DNA of 64,000 nucleotides. Origin: Hyphochytrium catenoides. Taxonomy: Eukaryota; Protista; Hyphochytriomycota. The translations under genes and the position numbers were made by a program. The stretch's first letter is position 1. Each line of letters begins with the position of its first letter. The notes under the pieces were generated by a model, which had not been told where the DNA came from, did no database searches, and worked only from the letters and a program-made list of their open reading frames with translations. The DNA lies in NCBI GenBank assembly GCA_900088475.1, contig FLMG01002747.1:1-64000 (forward strand), in the 5' to 3' direction. This document shows, one piece after another, positions 13,734 through 25,280 of this stretch.

Positions 13734-14519
13734 AGCTTTCTGGCATAAGATCTCAAGTTCCCGTGCAGGTCATCCTCTAAGTGCGCCATCCCTGAAGTGG
13801 GTTTAGCCCTGAGACTTATAAAGAGACGAATCTATTCAGCTGCTGAGTATCAGAGGAACCAAACCCGGTCGTCCACAAACCTTAGGAAAGAATAGTTTGC
13901 GATCCTTCCACCTCCACTATCGGGATAATTGGCGGTTGGAAGTGGAGAAGCGTGGCCAGCCCCAGAGCTGGAGACGGCGACAATGGATTTGTTGTGCCTT
14001 TATCTACCCGCAACTCAGCGGCATGTCCTGATGGTTTTGCCTTCCTCCTTCCGCCCCTCAGCCTTCTCATGTGACTGCTTCCCTATCTCTTGACGATGAC
14101 TGTTCCTCTTGCATGGACAGGAGGAGCATCAGAGTGCACAGCACACAGCAGGAGGAGTCAACAGGTCTCCTAGCGATGCTGTTGACCTTCTAAACTCCTG
14201 CTCCGTGAAGATGAGAGCCGCCAGGCAGCAGCAGCAAAGATCAACAAAGAAAGACAGACAGTCCGTGTACAACCGGCAACACGGTACATCCAGCCCCTCG
14301 GAGATATCAGAAGAGAAGGAAGAGCGAGAGAGAGAGAGAGGAAACAGAGAGGAAGAGAAATGTACTGGGCAGAAGGGGAAAAGGACAGGACAGAGGAGAG
14401 ACAGAGAGAGACAGAGAGAGAGAGATTGCCGGGAGAGAGATAAGCGGGGGACAGAAGAATGTTCCTGTCCAGATAGCCCATTGAGACCCATAAGGGTAAA
14501 CAATCTAAAGGACTTTGTA

Positions 14520-16045
14520 TAAATACATAAAAGATTCTACTCTTTTATAGGCTTGGTGTTAAAATGGCCTTTTATTCTGTTATAAAACTACTCTTTTGGA
14601 GGGAATTGAGGAAGAGAGTGCGTACTTGTTTACATAGTACACTGTACCTTCATAGTGTAACTATCAGTTATATGACGTCTGAGGTAAGTACTGTCAATCA
14701 GTTCCCTAACCAGTCCCGACCTGACTGCTCCTCAAGTACAAGTACAATTTTGGGAAGTAGTTCCTAGCCTTTACATACAATAGAATGCTCTATATGAAGA
14801 AGGGTGAGAGATAACTCTGTTACCCAGGAGACCTTGCATTACATCCTACACCCCCTTCTCGGTTTCCAAATAGAGCATTTGGCATAACCTCACATAAACT
14901 TTGCAAAATTCCTTATATACCATGACGTTATCGAGGACATCGACGAAGGACCGAACCGAAAGGGTGACGCACATCAGGAAACTTCTTCTCTTCCTCACCC
15001 TGACAAGTACCAAGTCTCTCTACTTATCAGAAGTAGAAAATTCAACACTTATACTTGGGTTCTGCATGATGAATTGACTCACATCCGCCTCGTCACGTCC
15101 CCTTACTTTTACAGTATACATATTCTACAGCCACTAGCCGTGGTGGTATCTACAGCCCAGTAGTGCAGGGAAAGGTGCGGGCAGGGAACAGCCAATATTC
15201 TCTGTCCTGCAATGACGTAAGGCTGGAGATGGTAATCCATAGTTTTCCCTTAGTCTGTGCAATGAGAATGTGGTCCTGGGTCAGCCAGCTTCCAGGAGCC
15301 GTTGCTGCAGGGCTTCTATCTCTCGTGGAGTCAAAAGGGGTCAAAGGGGGTAGTAGTAGTAGTCTGTCTCTTATTTGGCGTGTGAAGTCTTGGGTAGTAG
15401 TAGTAGTAGGCTTTATATCCTCTTGTTTTCTTGGGTTACTGGTTGCTCCACTTGGTAGTTATTCACCTAATTGTACCAGTAAAGGTTCTACCAGTGTATT
15501 TGTACCAGTAGGCAACACACCTGGTTAGGCGTACTAGGACGACGGGTCAATAAGTGTCGCCTTGAGGCCAAAGCTAATAATACGTAACGCTACGGCTAGA
15601 CATTAGACATACAGAGGCCACAAATCATCTCCAGTCTCCTCCTTCAGTAGTCTATAGATAAAAAATGAGGAGAACTACTACTAGTCCTTCAATAGGCCAT
15701 AGTCGATGTTCTGACGGAATAAAAGGATGTGACAGTCACAAGACTAAGCACATGTTATCTGTTATGGTTCCCTCGCCCTCCGACGCCGCTGCTTTAGAAG
15801 GATTACTGCGTACAATAATGAAGAAAGTCTCATCGCTTTCTACGTGTCGTCGTGCTCCCACTTTGCCCCTCATCACCCGGCGTTCAGTCTGCGTCGCTAC
15901 TCCCCTACATGCATAGCTTCGGACTAAGAAAGGTTATCTCACTAGTCAGTCTTCCTCCTGTGTAAATTTTGTACGTCACAGCGCGAAGATGCTTTCCAAA
16001 CTAGTCGTCCAAAGTTAAAACCCTTTGATAATCCACAGCGCTTTT
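14520..16045 (-). pseudogene. AT/TpA-rich decayed coding relic of unknown identity (possibly TE- or virus-derived)
   Basis: Composition shifts away from the GA/CT background. A minus-strand frame (about 15680-15100) reads protein-like (FIYRLLKEETGDDLWPLYV*CLAVALRII...WLTQDHILIAQTKGKLWITI) and is interrupted by TAA/TAG stops. No diagnostic motif was recognised. Confidence 0.3.
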
Positions 16046-17802
16046 TTATGGCTCGTTTACTCTGTTCCCCCTTCTCCTCTCTATCCCGCAGTCTCCTAGA
16101 ACTATCTCCCGCCGTCTCCCATCCCTTCTTTTTCGCGCTCTCTCTGTCGCCATCTCTCTCTCACCTTCTCTCTTTANNNNNNNNNNNNNNNNNNNNNNNN
16201 NNNNNNNNNNNNNNNNNNNNNNNNNNNNNNNNNNNNNNNNNNNNNNNNNNNNNNNNNNNNNNNNNNNNNNNNNNNNNTTCCTCCCGCTCTCGTTCACTCC
16301 TGTTCTCTGTGTTCCCCCCTCAAATCAATTCCTCTATCCCCATTGCCTCTCGAACTCTCTACATCTTATTCTCACTCTCTACTTCGCTAGACAACCGCAG
16401 AGCCTGTAAAAAAAGTTCATATTTAAAATTGTAGGTGTTCATGTAGAACTGAACTCCTTTAACCTCTAAGAAAGTCTTTCCTCTTTCTTAATCCTGGTAG
16501 GTAGCTAGAAGTGGGATTATATATCTAGAGATGAACGAGGAAGATCCGGGCGAAGAAGGCAGAAGGGAGAGAGGATGGTGTGAAGAGAGAGTTGAGAGAG
16601 ATATTCCAAGCAAAAAAAGGGAGAGGCTCAGGCTTGGGTCAGTAAATTATCGCCAATATGAAAGGAGCAGACAGAGGAGAAAGAGAGGGACCTACATTCC
16701 TGCCCTGCTCCTTTTTTTGATAAAGATAAAGCTTCGGTGCTCCAGAAGCCCGAGAGAACGCGGGGTGAGTGAAAAGAAAGGAGGAGTCAAGGGAATAATA
16801 ACGGACGAAGGTCAGTGGAAGAAAAAAGAAGGTGACAGGTTTATGACAAGTTGAGTTTGAGTCATAAATAAGAAGAGGATAATAGGGCTACTAGGGCTAG
16901 GGCCGAGAAAAAGAAGGAGATGCCACCAAGGGAGAAAGGAGAAAAGAACAGACACTAAGATAGATCTCCTGCATCTTATTCGCGGTCTCCAACGCTGCAA
17001 TGCACTGTCTAAGCAGGATCCATGGTTAAAGGTAAGAGAGACTTCTAAATAAAGACAGCGAGAGAACAAAGAGAATAGCTTGAAACGGGAGAACAAAGAG
17101 AATAGCTTGAAACGGGGACCGGAGAGTGAAAGAAGGACATTTCGATCGAGGCATCCGAAGGATCGTAGAGAGGAACGCCAGAGAAACGATAGGAAGTGTA
17201 GTGTGAGGCAGGATGCACTTTAACGAAAAAAAGCTCATCGTACGGGCACAAGAATAAGCTACAACAGCTCCGACGCTCAAAAAGATTGCAAGTGGTTTCT
17301 TGTTCATGCTTGCCCGGCAGCGCAGTCCCTAGATGGTGCAGCTGGCGGTAGATCTTACTCCCGCGGCGCATGGATGTCCCACCAAGTGACACACCTCTCC
17401 TCCCCTAGAACTCGTCGCAGCAGATAATTTGAGTGAGATGATGCAGAAGGAGAAGAACGTGTGTTGTCCACTCTAACAGCGACCTTGTTGTTTTCCATGT
17501 CTCTCGTCGGTGAAACCAAACAGATCTATAAGAATCACAACTTGCGCGGAGATGTCGAGCTAAGGGGAGACACTATAGGCGGTGATGTGCCTGGTCTTGC
17601 AGGGCTAGGTGAGAGGAAGGCAGTCGCCGTTCTTCTTTCAGCTATTCCTAGAAGGGGAATGTCAATGAAGTGCTGAGCCCAATAGATGATCTTATAACTG
17701 ATCAAGCTCATTCCCAAAAGTTCCACTCCCTACCAAGCACTCCTCCCCGGATCCGTCCGCTTCCAGCTTACTACGTCAACAAAGAGCATCACGACCTCCA
17801 AG

Positions 17803-19043
17803 ATGAAGATTGCTCTTTTGTACTTCACAGCAGGCGCACTGCTGGCGCAATCTACTCTGGCAGCCCAAGGGGGTCTCCGTGAGCCTGTTGACAACTTTGA
17901 TGACGACGCTCCTGGCATTGTTGGAGGCAGTGAAGCCCCTAGGAATAGATATTCTAACTGGACCGTGGGCCTTCTCTCTCCTGACTTCAAGGATGGACAA
18001 CAGCCTTTTTGCGGTGGCTCCTACATTGGCAAGAACATTGTGCTAACAGCTGCGCGTATGTTGAAAGCTTCATTATCTCTATTCCTATCGCCTTGGGCCC
18101 CCTAACAACTCTTCGTTTTTGTTCTCCATGTCCGTGACTTGGTATTCTCAGACTGCGTTGAAAGTGGCAGCGGCCTGACCAACATCAGGGTAGAAGGCGG
18201 GCGATTCGACTGGACCAGCACTACTGAGAAGGGTGTCAAAATGACTGTCAACAGGATCATCATCAACCCGAGCTACAGCAAGAAAGCCCCTCAAGATAGT
18301 GATATCGCTATTCTTAGGGTTTCTGGAGGAGACGACCTGAGCTTCTACCCCGAGTTGGACGACGGCAGCTTCTCAGCCGAGACAAAGCGCAGAACCTTTA
18401 AGATCATTGGGTACGTAACTAACCGAGAGTTGAACTGATGGGGAGAGAGAATCTGTCCATGAGACGTAGTGAGTCCAGGCAGACCTATAGAAGAGAGGAC
18501 AAGTGAGAGTCCTCGCATTGACTGTGCGTATTCCTGGTCTTCAGGTGGGGTCAGACTTCCGAGACCAGTGACGTTGTTCCAAGACTCCGTCAAGCGATAG
18601 TGGACCTCACTCCTGAGGCTGAGTGCAAACGGCTCTACAACGATGAGGAAGGCCGCAGAATCACTTCAACCATGATCTGTGCGAAGAGACCAAACATTGA
18701 CACCTGCCAAGGGGACTCAGGTAAATGAGACTATGCACGAACAATGGACAGCAAATAGAGAACTCCGAAGAGAAAATGGGTAAAAGCGGATACAAGAAAT
18801 AGAGAATTGAGCTCTCTTTGGAATGCGTCTGCAAGAAAAGCTAACCTCACTTGGTTTAACGCAGGCGGACCAATGTTCGTTGACAACGCTGTGCCCGTAC
18901 TGGTGGGACTCACTTCCTGGGGTGATGGTTGCGCCCGAGCCCCTCCAGGAGTCTACAGCCGCATCTCCGCCCTGCGCACGTTCGTGGACAGGACGTTGGG
19001 CTGTTCATCCGGCACTACTTTCACCGGAGGCAAGTGCCAGTAA
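17803..19043 (+). CDS. Secreted trypsin-like serine protease (S1A), copy T1; exons 17803-18055, 18152-18410, 18545-18720, 18865-19043
   Basis: Signal peptide, acidic propeptide, IVGG, CGGSYI..LTAAH|C (His codon split by intron), DIAIL, G|WG, DTCQGDSG|GP, SWGDGCA, PGVYSRIS. Catalytic triad and S1 Asp intact. Confidence 0.95.
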
Positions 19044-19861
19044 ATCAGGGAAGGGATGTCTAAAGACAGGCGGAGGCCAGCAGCGGGAGAAGAAGCAGGA
19101 GGATAATGTGGGCTGTGGAACAGAAGGGAAAGACACGAGAATTTTTTGTTGACGTCTCTTGGAAAGAGTGAACGCCAATGGGGAAGTAGGGCCCATAGTT
19201 TTCTTATTGATGGCTGGGAAGGCTGTCCCAGTCTTCCTATTTTATAAAAAAGCAAAAGTAAGGCTGTATTATTTGTCAACCCCATCACTATTTGCTGCGC
19301 TCTCTCTTCTGCGCTTTCTACATAGTCCTTGCTTACTTATAAGTCGAACCTGGCAAGACTTGTCCCCTTTCTTGGTCAACTTTCATTCCTTGGAGGCGTT
19401 ACTTGTCGGTCGCTTGAATCAGGGAAACTACTAGCTCCAGTACGAGTCTACCTTCTCAAACTATTCATACTATCTTCTGATAGCAATGTCAAAAGCCAAC
19501 AACTATCCAGCATAACATCCTGTGAGCTACGCAGCATAAGTAGCGCTGCGCTATTCACTTTCCTACGTCACATAACCACGTGCTATAACTCTACTGGGCG
19601 CAGGCGCCGTCGTTCCCATCAGGTCCATGCACTGGTTTTCATCATCTCCAGGCTACCAGGCTAGGCCATTAAAGCTACGAGTACATAACTACCTAGAAGA
19701 CAGTTCATTAGTAAAAAGGCCAATCTATCCGATTATTCTGTTCGCAGGCTCCTTGTTGATTGATTGCATATCTTGTTGATTGATTCCGTACAGCAGTCTG
19801 TCGCATGACGTCATCATAGGAGAGTCTCACGCTGAACATGCCCAATCGTCAGACTGAAGGA

Positions 19862-19880
19862 GGTTAGGGTTAGGGTTTAG
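19862..19880 (+). repeat. Short interstitial telomere-like repeat (TTAGGG)2-3
   Basis: ggttagggttagggtttag. Confidence 0.5.
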
Positions 19881-20342
19881 CAATCAGCTGGTGCTATTCG
19901 GAGAATCTCTGCCATCTATGAAAGGAAACAGAAAGTAGGATAGTTCTACCACGAATGCGCAACNNNNNNTTTACTGACCTGGCCTCCCATATTTCCCCAT
20001 ATCTTCGCAGCCTGACCAGATATTTTCGTATTTGACACATGGCTATATTCGTCATATGATAGGGAATTAGGCGGTGTATACGGCATAAAAGTGTTCCGGA
20101 TATTTCAGTTTGAAAATCTGCCCCCAGTCTTGTTGTAGTTGACTCAGATAACTGTTGTTAAAAGAGTACGGCTAGTCGAGAAAGACTGGTCCTGGGAGAG
20201 CCAGAGCCAGTAAATCAAGGCGAAGAAGGAAAGCGGAAAGTAAAGAAGGTCAAAGATAAGGAAAGAGCGAGTCCACTTGCTGCATGAAGTAGAACTACGG
20301 GAGGAAGAACAAGTGTGTGTGTCTAACTTCATCGACCAAAGC

Positions 20343-20383
20343 AGGTAAAACGGTAGTGGTCCAAACCTTCTACCGTTTTACCT
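20343..20383. repeat. 14-bp perfect inverted repeat (hairpin)
   Basis: aggtaaaacggtag, 13-nt spacer, ctaccgttttacct. Confidence 0.9.
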
Positions 20384-21077
20384 CAGCGCCCGGCAAAATT
20401 TAGTAATAGTGTTATTGCACGTAGGACCTAGCTTGATATAGCCTAACAAGTTGATACATAGTAATGCTGGAGGCTGTGGCCATATTTTGGTCGTGATGAC
20501 GGCCTTCTCCGTCAGAACCTTGCTCCCGCTCTTTCCTATTTTCCGCTTCACACCTTCGGCAAGGCCACGCAGATTCGTTACCGGTGCCAGACGTTCGTTC
20601 TCTCCTTATTACTTCTCTTGACTTTTTTCGGAGAGATGAAGCCCTCTCGTGCCTCCTTCTTCGCTCGATTTCGTACTATTTGGCGTATCTCTTCCTCCCG
20701 GATATGCTCTCTTTCTCTCTCTGTCGGGTTCCGCCTTTCCTAGAATCCGCGGTTCGAGTTGTTTGCCAGACAATGATCCTTCCCTAGAAGAAGAAGGAAG
20801 CTGAACCAAGCCTCATCCCTGAATGTTACTGTCTTCGCTTCTCTTCTATGACCTCGGTTGGACTCACTGCCTCCTCTCCGGTGCGGTCACTGTCTCCTCT
20901 CCGTTGAAGCAGATCTCCGAGCGGTCAGTGACGAGTTCCGGTACTCACCACTCACTTCCAAATATCCTCACTCCAGAGCAAGCACAGCATCTTCCAAATC
21001 ACCAGCAGACGAAACAAACGCCAACCACAGACGAAAGTCTACAGCCCTTGGCAGGTCATCACTTTTTATCATCACAA

Positions 21078-21866
21078 ATGAAGCTTTTCCTTCAGTCTTC
21101 GGTGGCAGCGCTGCTCCTGCTTGCAACCTCATCTCTCTCAGTGGACGGCGCTCAAGCGGCTCCGTCAACTCTAAGGGGCACCTTCGGTGGTGAGTCTCCA
21201 TCCTGCTCTTTGGAGTGTAGAATTGAGGCTTCCAAGTCGAGGCTCAATGACGGTGACGACTGGAAGAACGATGCAACGTTTCAGACGATAGTCTCAGCTG
21301 CGGAAGAGTCATGGGAGTATTGTGCAATCAATATCTGCGGATCTGGCATCAATACTGAGAAGTACTGCCTAATGCATGTATGCGATACCCTACAGCGGAC
21401 TGTCGATAACCCTAGGGCTAGGGACTGGAGTCTTCTGAACTCCATCTGGAAAGTCCGCAACTATCACGTCTGCCAGAAGGAAAAGTGTGGTCTCTCCGAT
21501 ACGGAATCTTCAGCTTCTAAGGTCTGCAAGAGCGAGGCAAGGAAGGCAGAGCCACCAAAAAATTATCCTTTCAACGTCTGCTTCTCCAACTTTGTGAGCA
21601 AGATGGCCATCGAGACAGAGCTTTGTGTACATAAAGTATGCCAGAGCGGAGTGATTGGAGAGAGGGAGAACTGCAAAGCTAGTCTCTGCGAGAAGATCGC
21701 TATGGACCCTCAAGCCAAGTTTGGCAAGCTTGCTTATGCTTCTTCCATGGACATGGATACCCTTAGAGCCATGTGGAAGGCGTTCACCTATGAGACTACC
21801 TGCCTTAAATCTTTTCCTTGTGATGGCCGCGAGCCAGCGACTGCCGTGAAGGGCATAAGCGCTTAA
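21078..21866 (+). CDS. Intronless secreted cysteine-rich protein (262 aa, 16 Cys, two internal repeats), function unknown
   Basis: ATG 21078 begins a clear signal peptide (MKLFLQSSVAALLLLATSSLSVDG). Two roughly 100-aa repeats each carry 8 Cys. The upstream in-frame extension from 20823 is probably UTR. Confidence 0.85.
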   Translation: MKLFLQSSVAALLLLATSSLSVDGAQAAPSTLRGTFGGESPSCSLECRIEASKSRLNDGDDWKNDATFQTIVSAAEESWEYCAINICGSGINTEKYCLMHVCDTLQRTVDNPRARDWSLLNSIWKVRNYHVCQKEKCGLSDTESSASKVCKSEARKAEPPKNYPFNVCFSNFVSKMAIETELCVHKVCQSGVIGERENCKASLCEKIAMDPQAKFGKLAYASSMDMDTLRAMWKAFTYETTCLKSFPCDGREPATAVKGISA

Positions 21867-22270
21867 GCCCATGCTTTGACCCTCTTTAACCTCTTTTACG
21901 CTCCTATATCTTGCTAAGCTAGCTATCGCACTATAATACCAGGTCTTTATCCAATTGACCCAATATTGCCCATCTTCCGTGCCATCGTTCGAGCCAGAAT
22001 CGGAGAGAGAGACTTATACTGAAGAGAAAGTAGAAGGGAGAAATACATATGTCAGCTCTTAAGCTGTTATTCCTCTCAAGATCTCCGCCGCTATAATCCA
22101 ATGGCTGCTCAAGCGCTCACTCCGGCACAGACTAGCCTTCATCCAGTCCTCGAAGTTCATAGAGGGGCAACCCTTCACAGAGTTATTCTTTTGATAAAGC
22201 TCACAGACAGATCAATGCTCTTCAGACTGGAAACTGGACTTTTGGAGAGCAGTAGTATAAAGGAAGTCCT

Positions 22271-23217
22271 TTAGACCTTTTTAGTTTGACAATGGCCGCC
22301 AGTAAACGTGGTGCCCGGAGCACAGCCCACAGTCTTATCAATGAAAGAACGAAGGACAGACACTCTAGCATATACGCCGGGTTGAAGAGATGCACAGCCT
22401 TTTCCCCAAGACGTCAGCCCGACAATTACTGGCACTTGACTGTCGACAAACATTGGACCGCCTTCAAACGAACAAGAGAAGAAGTGACGGTCAGACTTAG
22501 TGCGGGAATCTGCTCTCTTCCCTTCCTTCCCCTCCTTCATACTTTGGTTGTCCTTTCTGGATCTTTTACAACTCTCTCTTTTCTCTCTCTCTTTCTCTCT
22601 CTCTCTCTCCCCCCTCCTTTTCCCCATTGTCACTCGTTGTATAAGTCTTTCGGCCGCCATTTGGTCAGATGTTCTGTCTGTTGCATCTGGCTCCCACTGC
22701 CCTTTCACTCTATTTTTTCCGTGCCTCGTTATGGTCATCTAACCTTCGGAATAAGCTCTTCCATTGTTCTCTATCTCTTGTCATGTCGTTCTCTCCCCCT
22801 CATCGGATAAGCAGCATACCTGAGTCACCTTGGCAGGTATCCACCCCAGGCCTGCTTGCACATATCATCGTGCTCGTGATGCTCTTTTCGCCAAAGTTTG
22901 GGTCCTTAGCAAACGACCTTTTGCACTCTGCTTCAGTCACCAGCTCTACCTCTGCCTGCTGAAGCTTGGAGCTGTAGGCAATAACGCTACTGGCGCTGCG
23001 TTCACTTTTATCTTTACTTCCCCAGCTGTAGAAGAGGGAAACTTGGTCATTATCATTGGCTGATATGCCATCGTGAGGGACATGATAAGGGCAAACGAAC
23101 CGACGAGGTAGAGACAGGGTCAACAGCGTAGAAGGGAGAAAGGACAAGGAAAAGGAGAAGGAACTAGGGTAAGACGAAGGGAACAAGAGGAAGAATGACA
23201 GATAAATAGAGACAAAC

Positions 23218-23248
<31 letters not shown>

Positions 23249-23929
23249 TGAGAGAGAGAGAGAGAGAGGATGGAATGGGAGAGTTAACTGAGAGAAAGGC
23301 CTAGCCTGTAAAGCTGCTGTGAGCATTGTCTCACGGTCCTTACCCTAAAATCTTGAAGAGCCTGGGCTTGGCCTCAGAAGAAGCACTGCCGTCGTCAAGC
23401 TCAGGGTAGGAAGGTAAGTCTTTGCCCCCGTCGACCTCCAGCAGCGCAATGTCGTTGCCAGTGATGACGTTATTATATTTAGGATGAACGCTTACTCTCC
23501 TCACGGTGAGTTTGACAACTTTCTCATTCTGGTCTGCCCAGTTGTGTCTCCCAGCTTCCCATCTCATTGTGCCTAACTGCCGACCAGCGACACAGTCTGC
23601 GCGTAGAAAGAGAAGCAACGTGCATAAGCAACGGTGTGAAGTCAGCAAAAGGACGCAGCTTTTATTCACTTACGAGCTGCTGTCATGATGAGATTCTTCC
23701 CAATGTATGTGCCGCCGCACAGTGCTCGCTCATGAGTTCCATTGTTCAGAACCATGCCAACCATCCAGTCCGAGTACTGGAAGGGAGGAGCCTCCTGTCC
23801 GCTAACAATCGAAAGATCGCCATCATCTTGAAGCTCCTCTATTGATCGGAACGAGGTAGCGGTGGCTGCTGAGCCGAGCGAGGAGGAGGCAATAAGAAGA
23901 GAGAGGAGAAAGGAGACTTTCGAGGCCAT
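22271..23929 (-). CDS. Secreted trypsin-like serine protease (S1A), copy T2; exons 23929-23674, 23596-23344, 23025-22820, 22461-22271
   Basis: Signal peptide, IVSG, CGGTYI..MTAAH|C, NDIALL, G|WG, DTCQGDSG|GP, SWGKGCA, PGVYARVS. Same three intron positions as T1. Confidence 0.95.
23219..23268. repeat. Compound (GATA)n + (GA)n microsatellite in T2 intron 2
   Basis: About 7 GATA units followed by a GA run. Confidence 0.9.
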
Positions 23930-24214
23930 TCTATTTAATAGCAAACATGGAAAGAGGGCACCAGCACAGGAGACGAAGCAAGGAGAGAGCGGCGGATGGC
24001 AGAAATTGCTGGCCCGACTTCCGTCAGTACTTATTTAGCATTATATATTAGAAGACTGTGGACTTGTGAAGGGTGCTTGTTGTCCTCGCTTTCGACAAAT
24101 GAACACAGTCGCGAAGCTCCGCCACAGGCAGATCGGTGAGAGGGGAGAGATACGAGAGGAAGAGGAGCGATTAGATAGGCGGAATCCAGAGAGAGAGAGG
24201 CAACGAGACAAAAG

Positions 24215-24224
24215 GGAGAGAGAG

Positions 24225-24281
<57 letters not shown>

Positions 24282-24305
24282 GGGAGAGAGAGAGAGAGAA
24301 AGAGA
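24215..24305. repeat. (GA)n microsatellite upstream of T2
   Basis: Long GA dinucleotide run. Confidence 0.95.
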
Positions 24306-25280
24306 CGCCAGATGCATTGCGAATAATCTGATGGTTACTTCTCGAGCTCCCTTCATTTTGTCTCCCCTGCACTAGGAAGTACTTTGAAGCTGCACGAGCA
24401 TAGGAAAAGAGTCCGGGGGCCTGCAAGAAGTCCAAGCTCTTCGTTCGTTCTCAATGGATCAGTAGTAGTTCAGCGTTGTTGAGCCTTTGTACTCCGCGAC
24501 GGCATGAAAGTTGACAGGTTATGGACAAGGGTTTAGACAAGCGGTCAGCCTAAGAGTTAAACCTCCGACCGGATGCGTGACTGACCAGTAGAACGACGCT
24601 AGCAGGGTCTTAGGAGTTAGGAACCGTCAGTGCCACAGGATCTATGTATTATAAGAGGCTAGCAAGTCGACATCGAGGAATAAAGCTGTTATGATTTGGC
24701 CATTTATTCTCTGCTGCCAGCTTCCTCCAGAGCTTCCTCGTACATAGAACTACGCTTTCCTCGAACTCCAGAGCTGGCTACGGCGTTGCGGCTTGGAAAT
24801 ACCTGCTGGAACCTTTCTCTCGTGGGGCCCATAATAGGATATCAACTGCGGAGAACGTTGGCCCCGAGCAGCATACTTTCCAGTTCCATCTTGGCACCTC
24901 CGGACTGCAGAGGGGGCTGACATGGAATACACTATGCTGCTCTTCATAGAACTACTGCTCAGTAGAGATCTTGGAAGCTTCATGTTAACTGACCATCGTG
25001 GTCCCTTTTGCCGATCAAAGCTGCTGTCGTTGAAGAGACACGTGCGTGAATGATAACAACTCTGCCAATACCCGCCAGTTGGTGCGACAGAATGACGTAT
25101 AGCACTAGGAACTAGCTTCTCCGAGCATGGCGCCTGAAGATGCTGTGCCAGGTCCAAGGCGCTTATGCAGCAAAACTATTGGGAAGCCGTCTAGGCAGNN
25201 NNNNNNNNNNNNNNNNNNNNNNNNNNNNNNNNNNNNNNNNNNNNNNNNNNNNNNNNNNNNNNNNNNNNNNNNNNNNNNNA

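Noticed and set aside
16531-17400. Short ORFs upstream of T1 (e.g. 17026-17307 -)
   Set aside because: No recognisable motif or consistent splice model; part of it is a 27-bp duplication.
20823-21077. 85-aa N-terminal extension of the Cys-rich ORF
   Set aside because: The signal peptide begins at ATG 21078; the extension looks like an open 5' UTR.
24470-25198. Possible second copia relic (CAGGTTATGG near 24515; AWRLKM and KALMQQNYWEAV before the gap)
   Set aside because: The motifs lie in different frames, the spacing is poor and the gap truncates the evidence.
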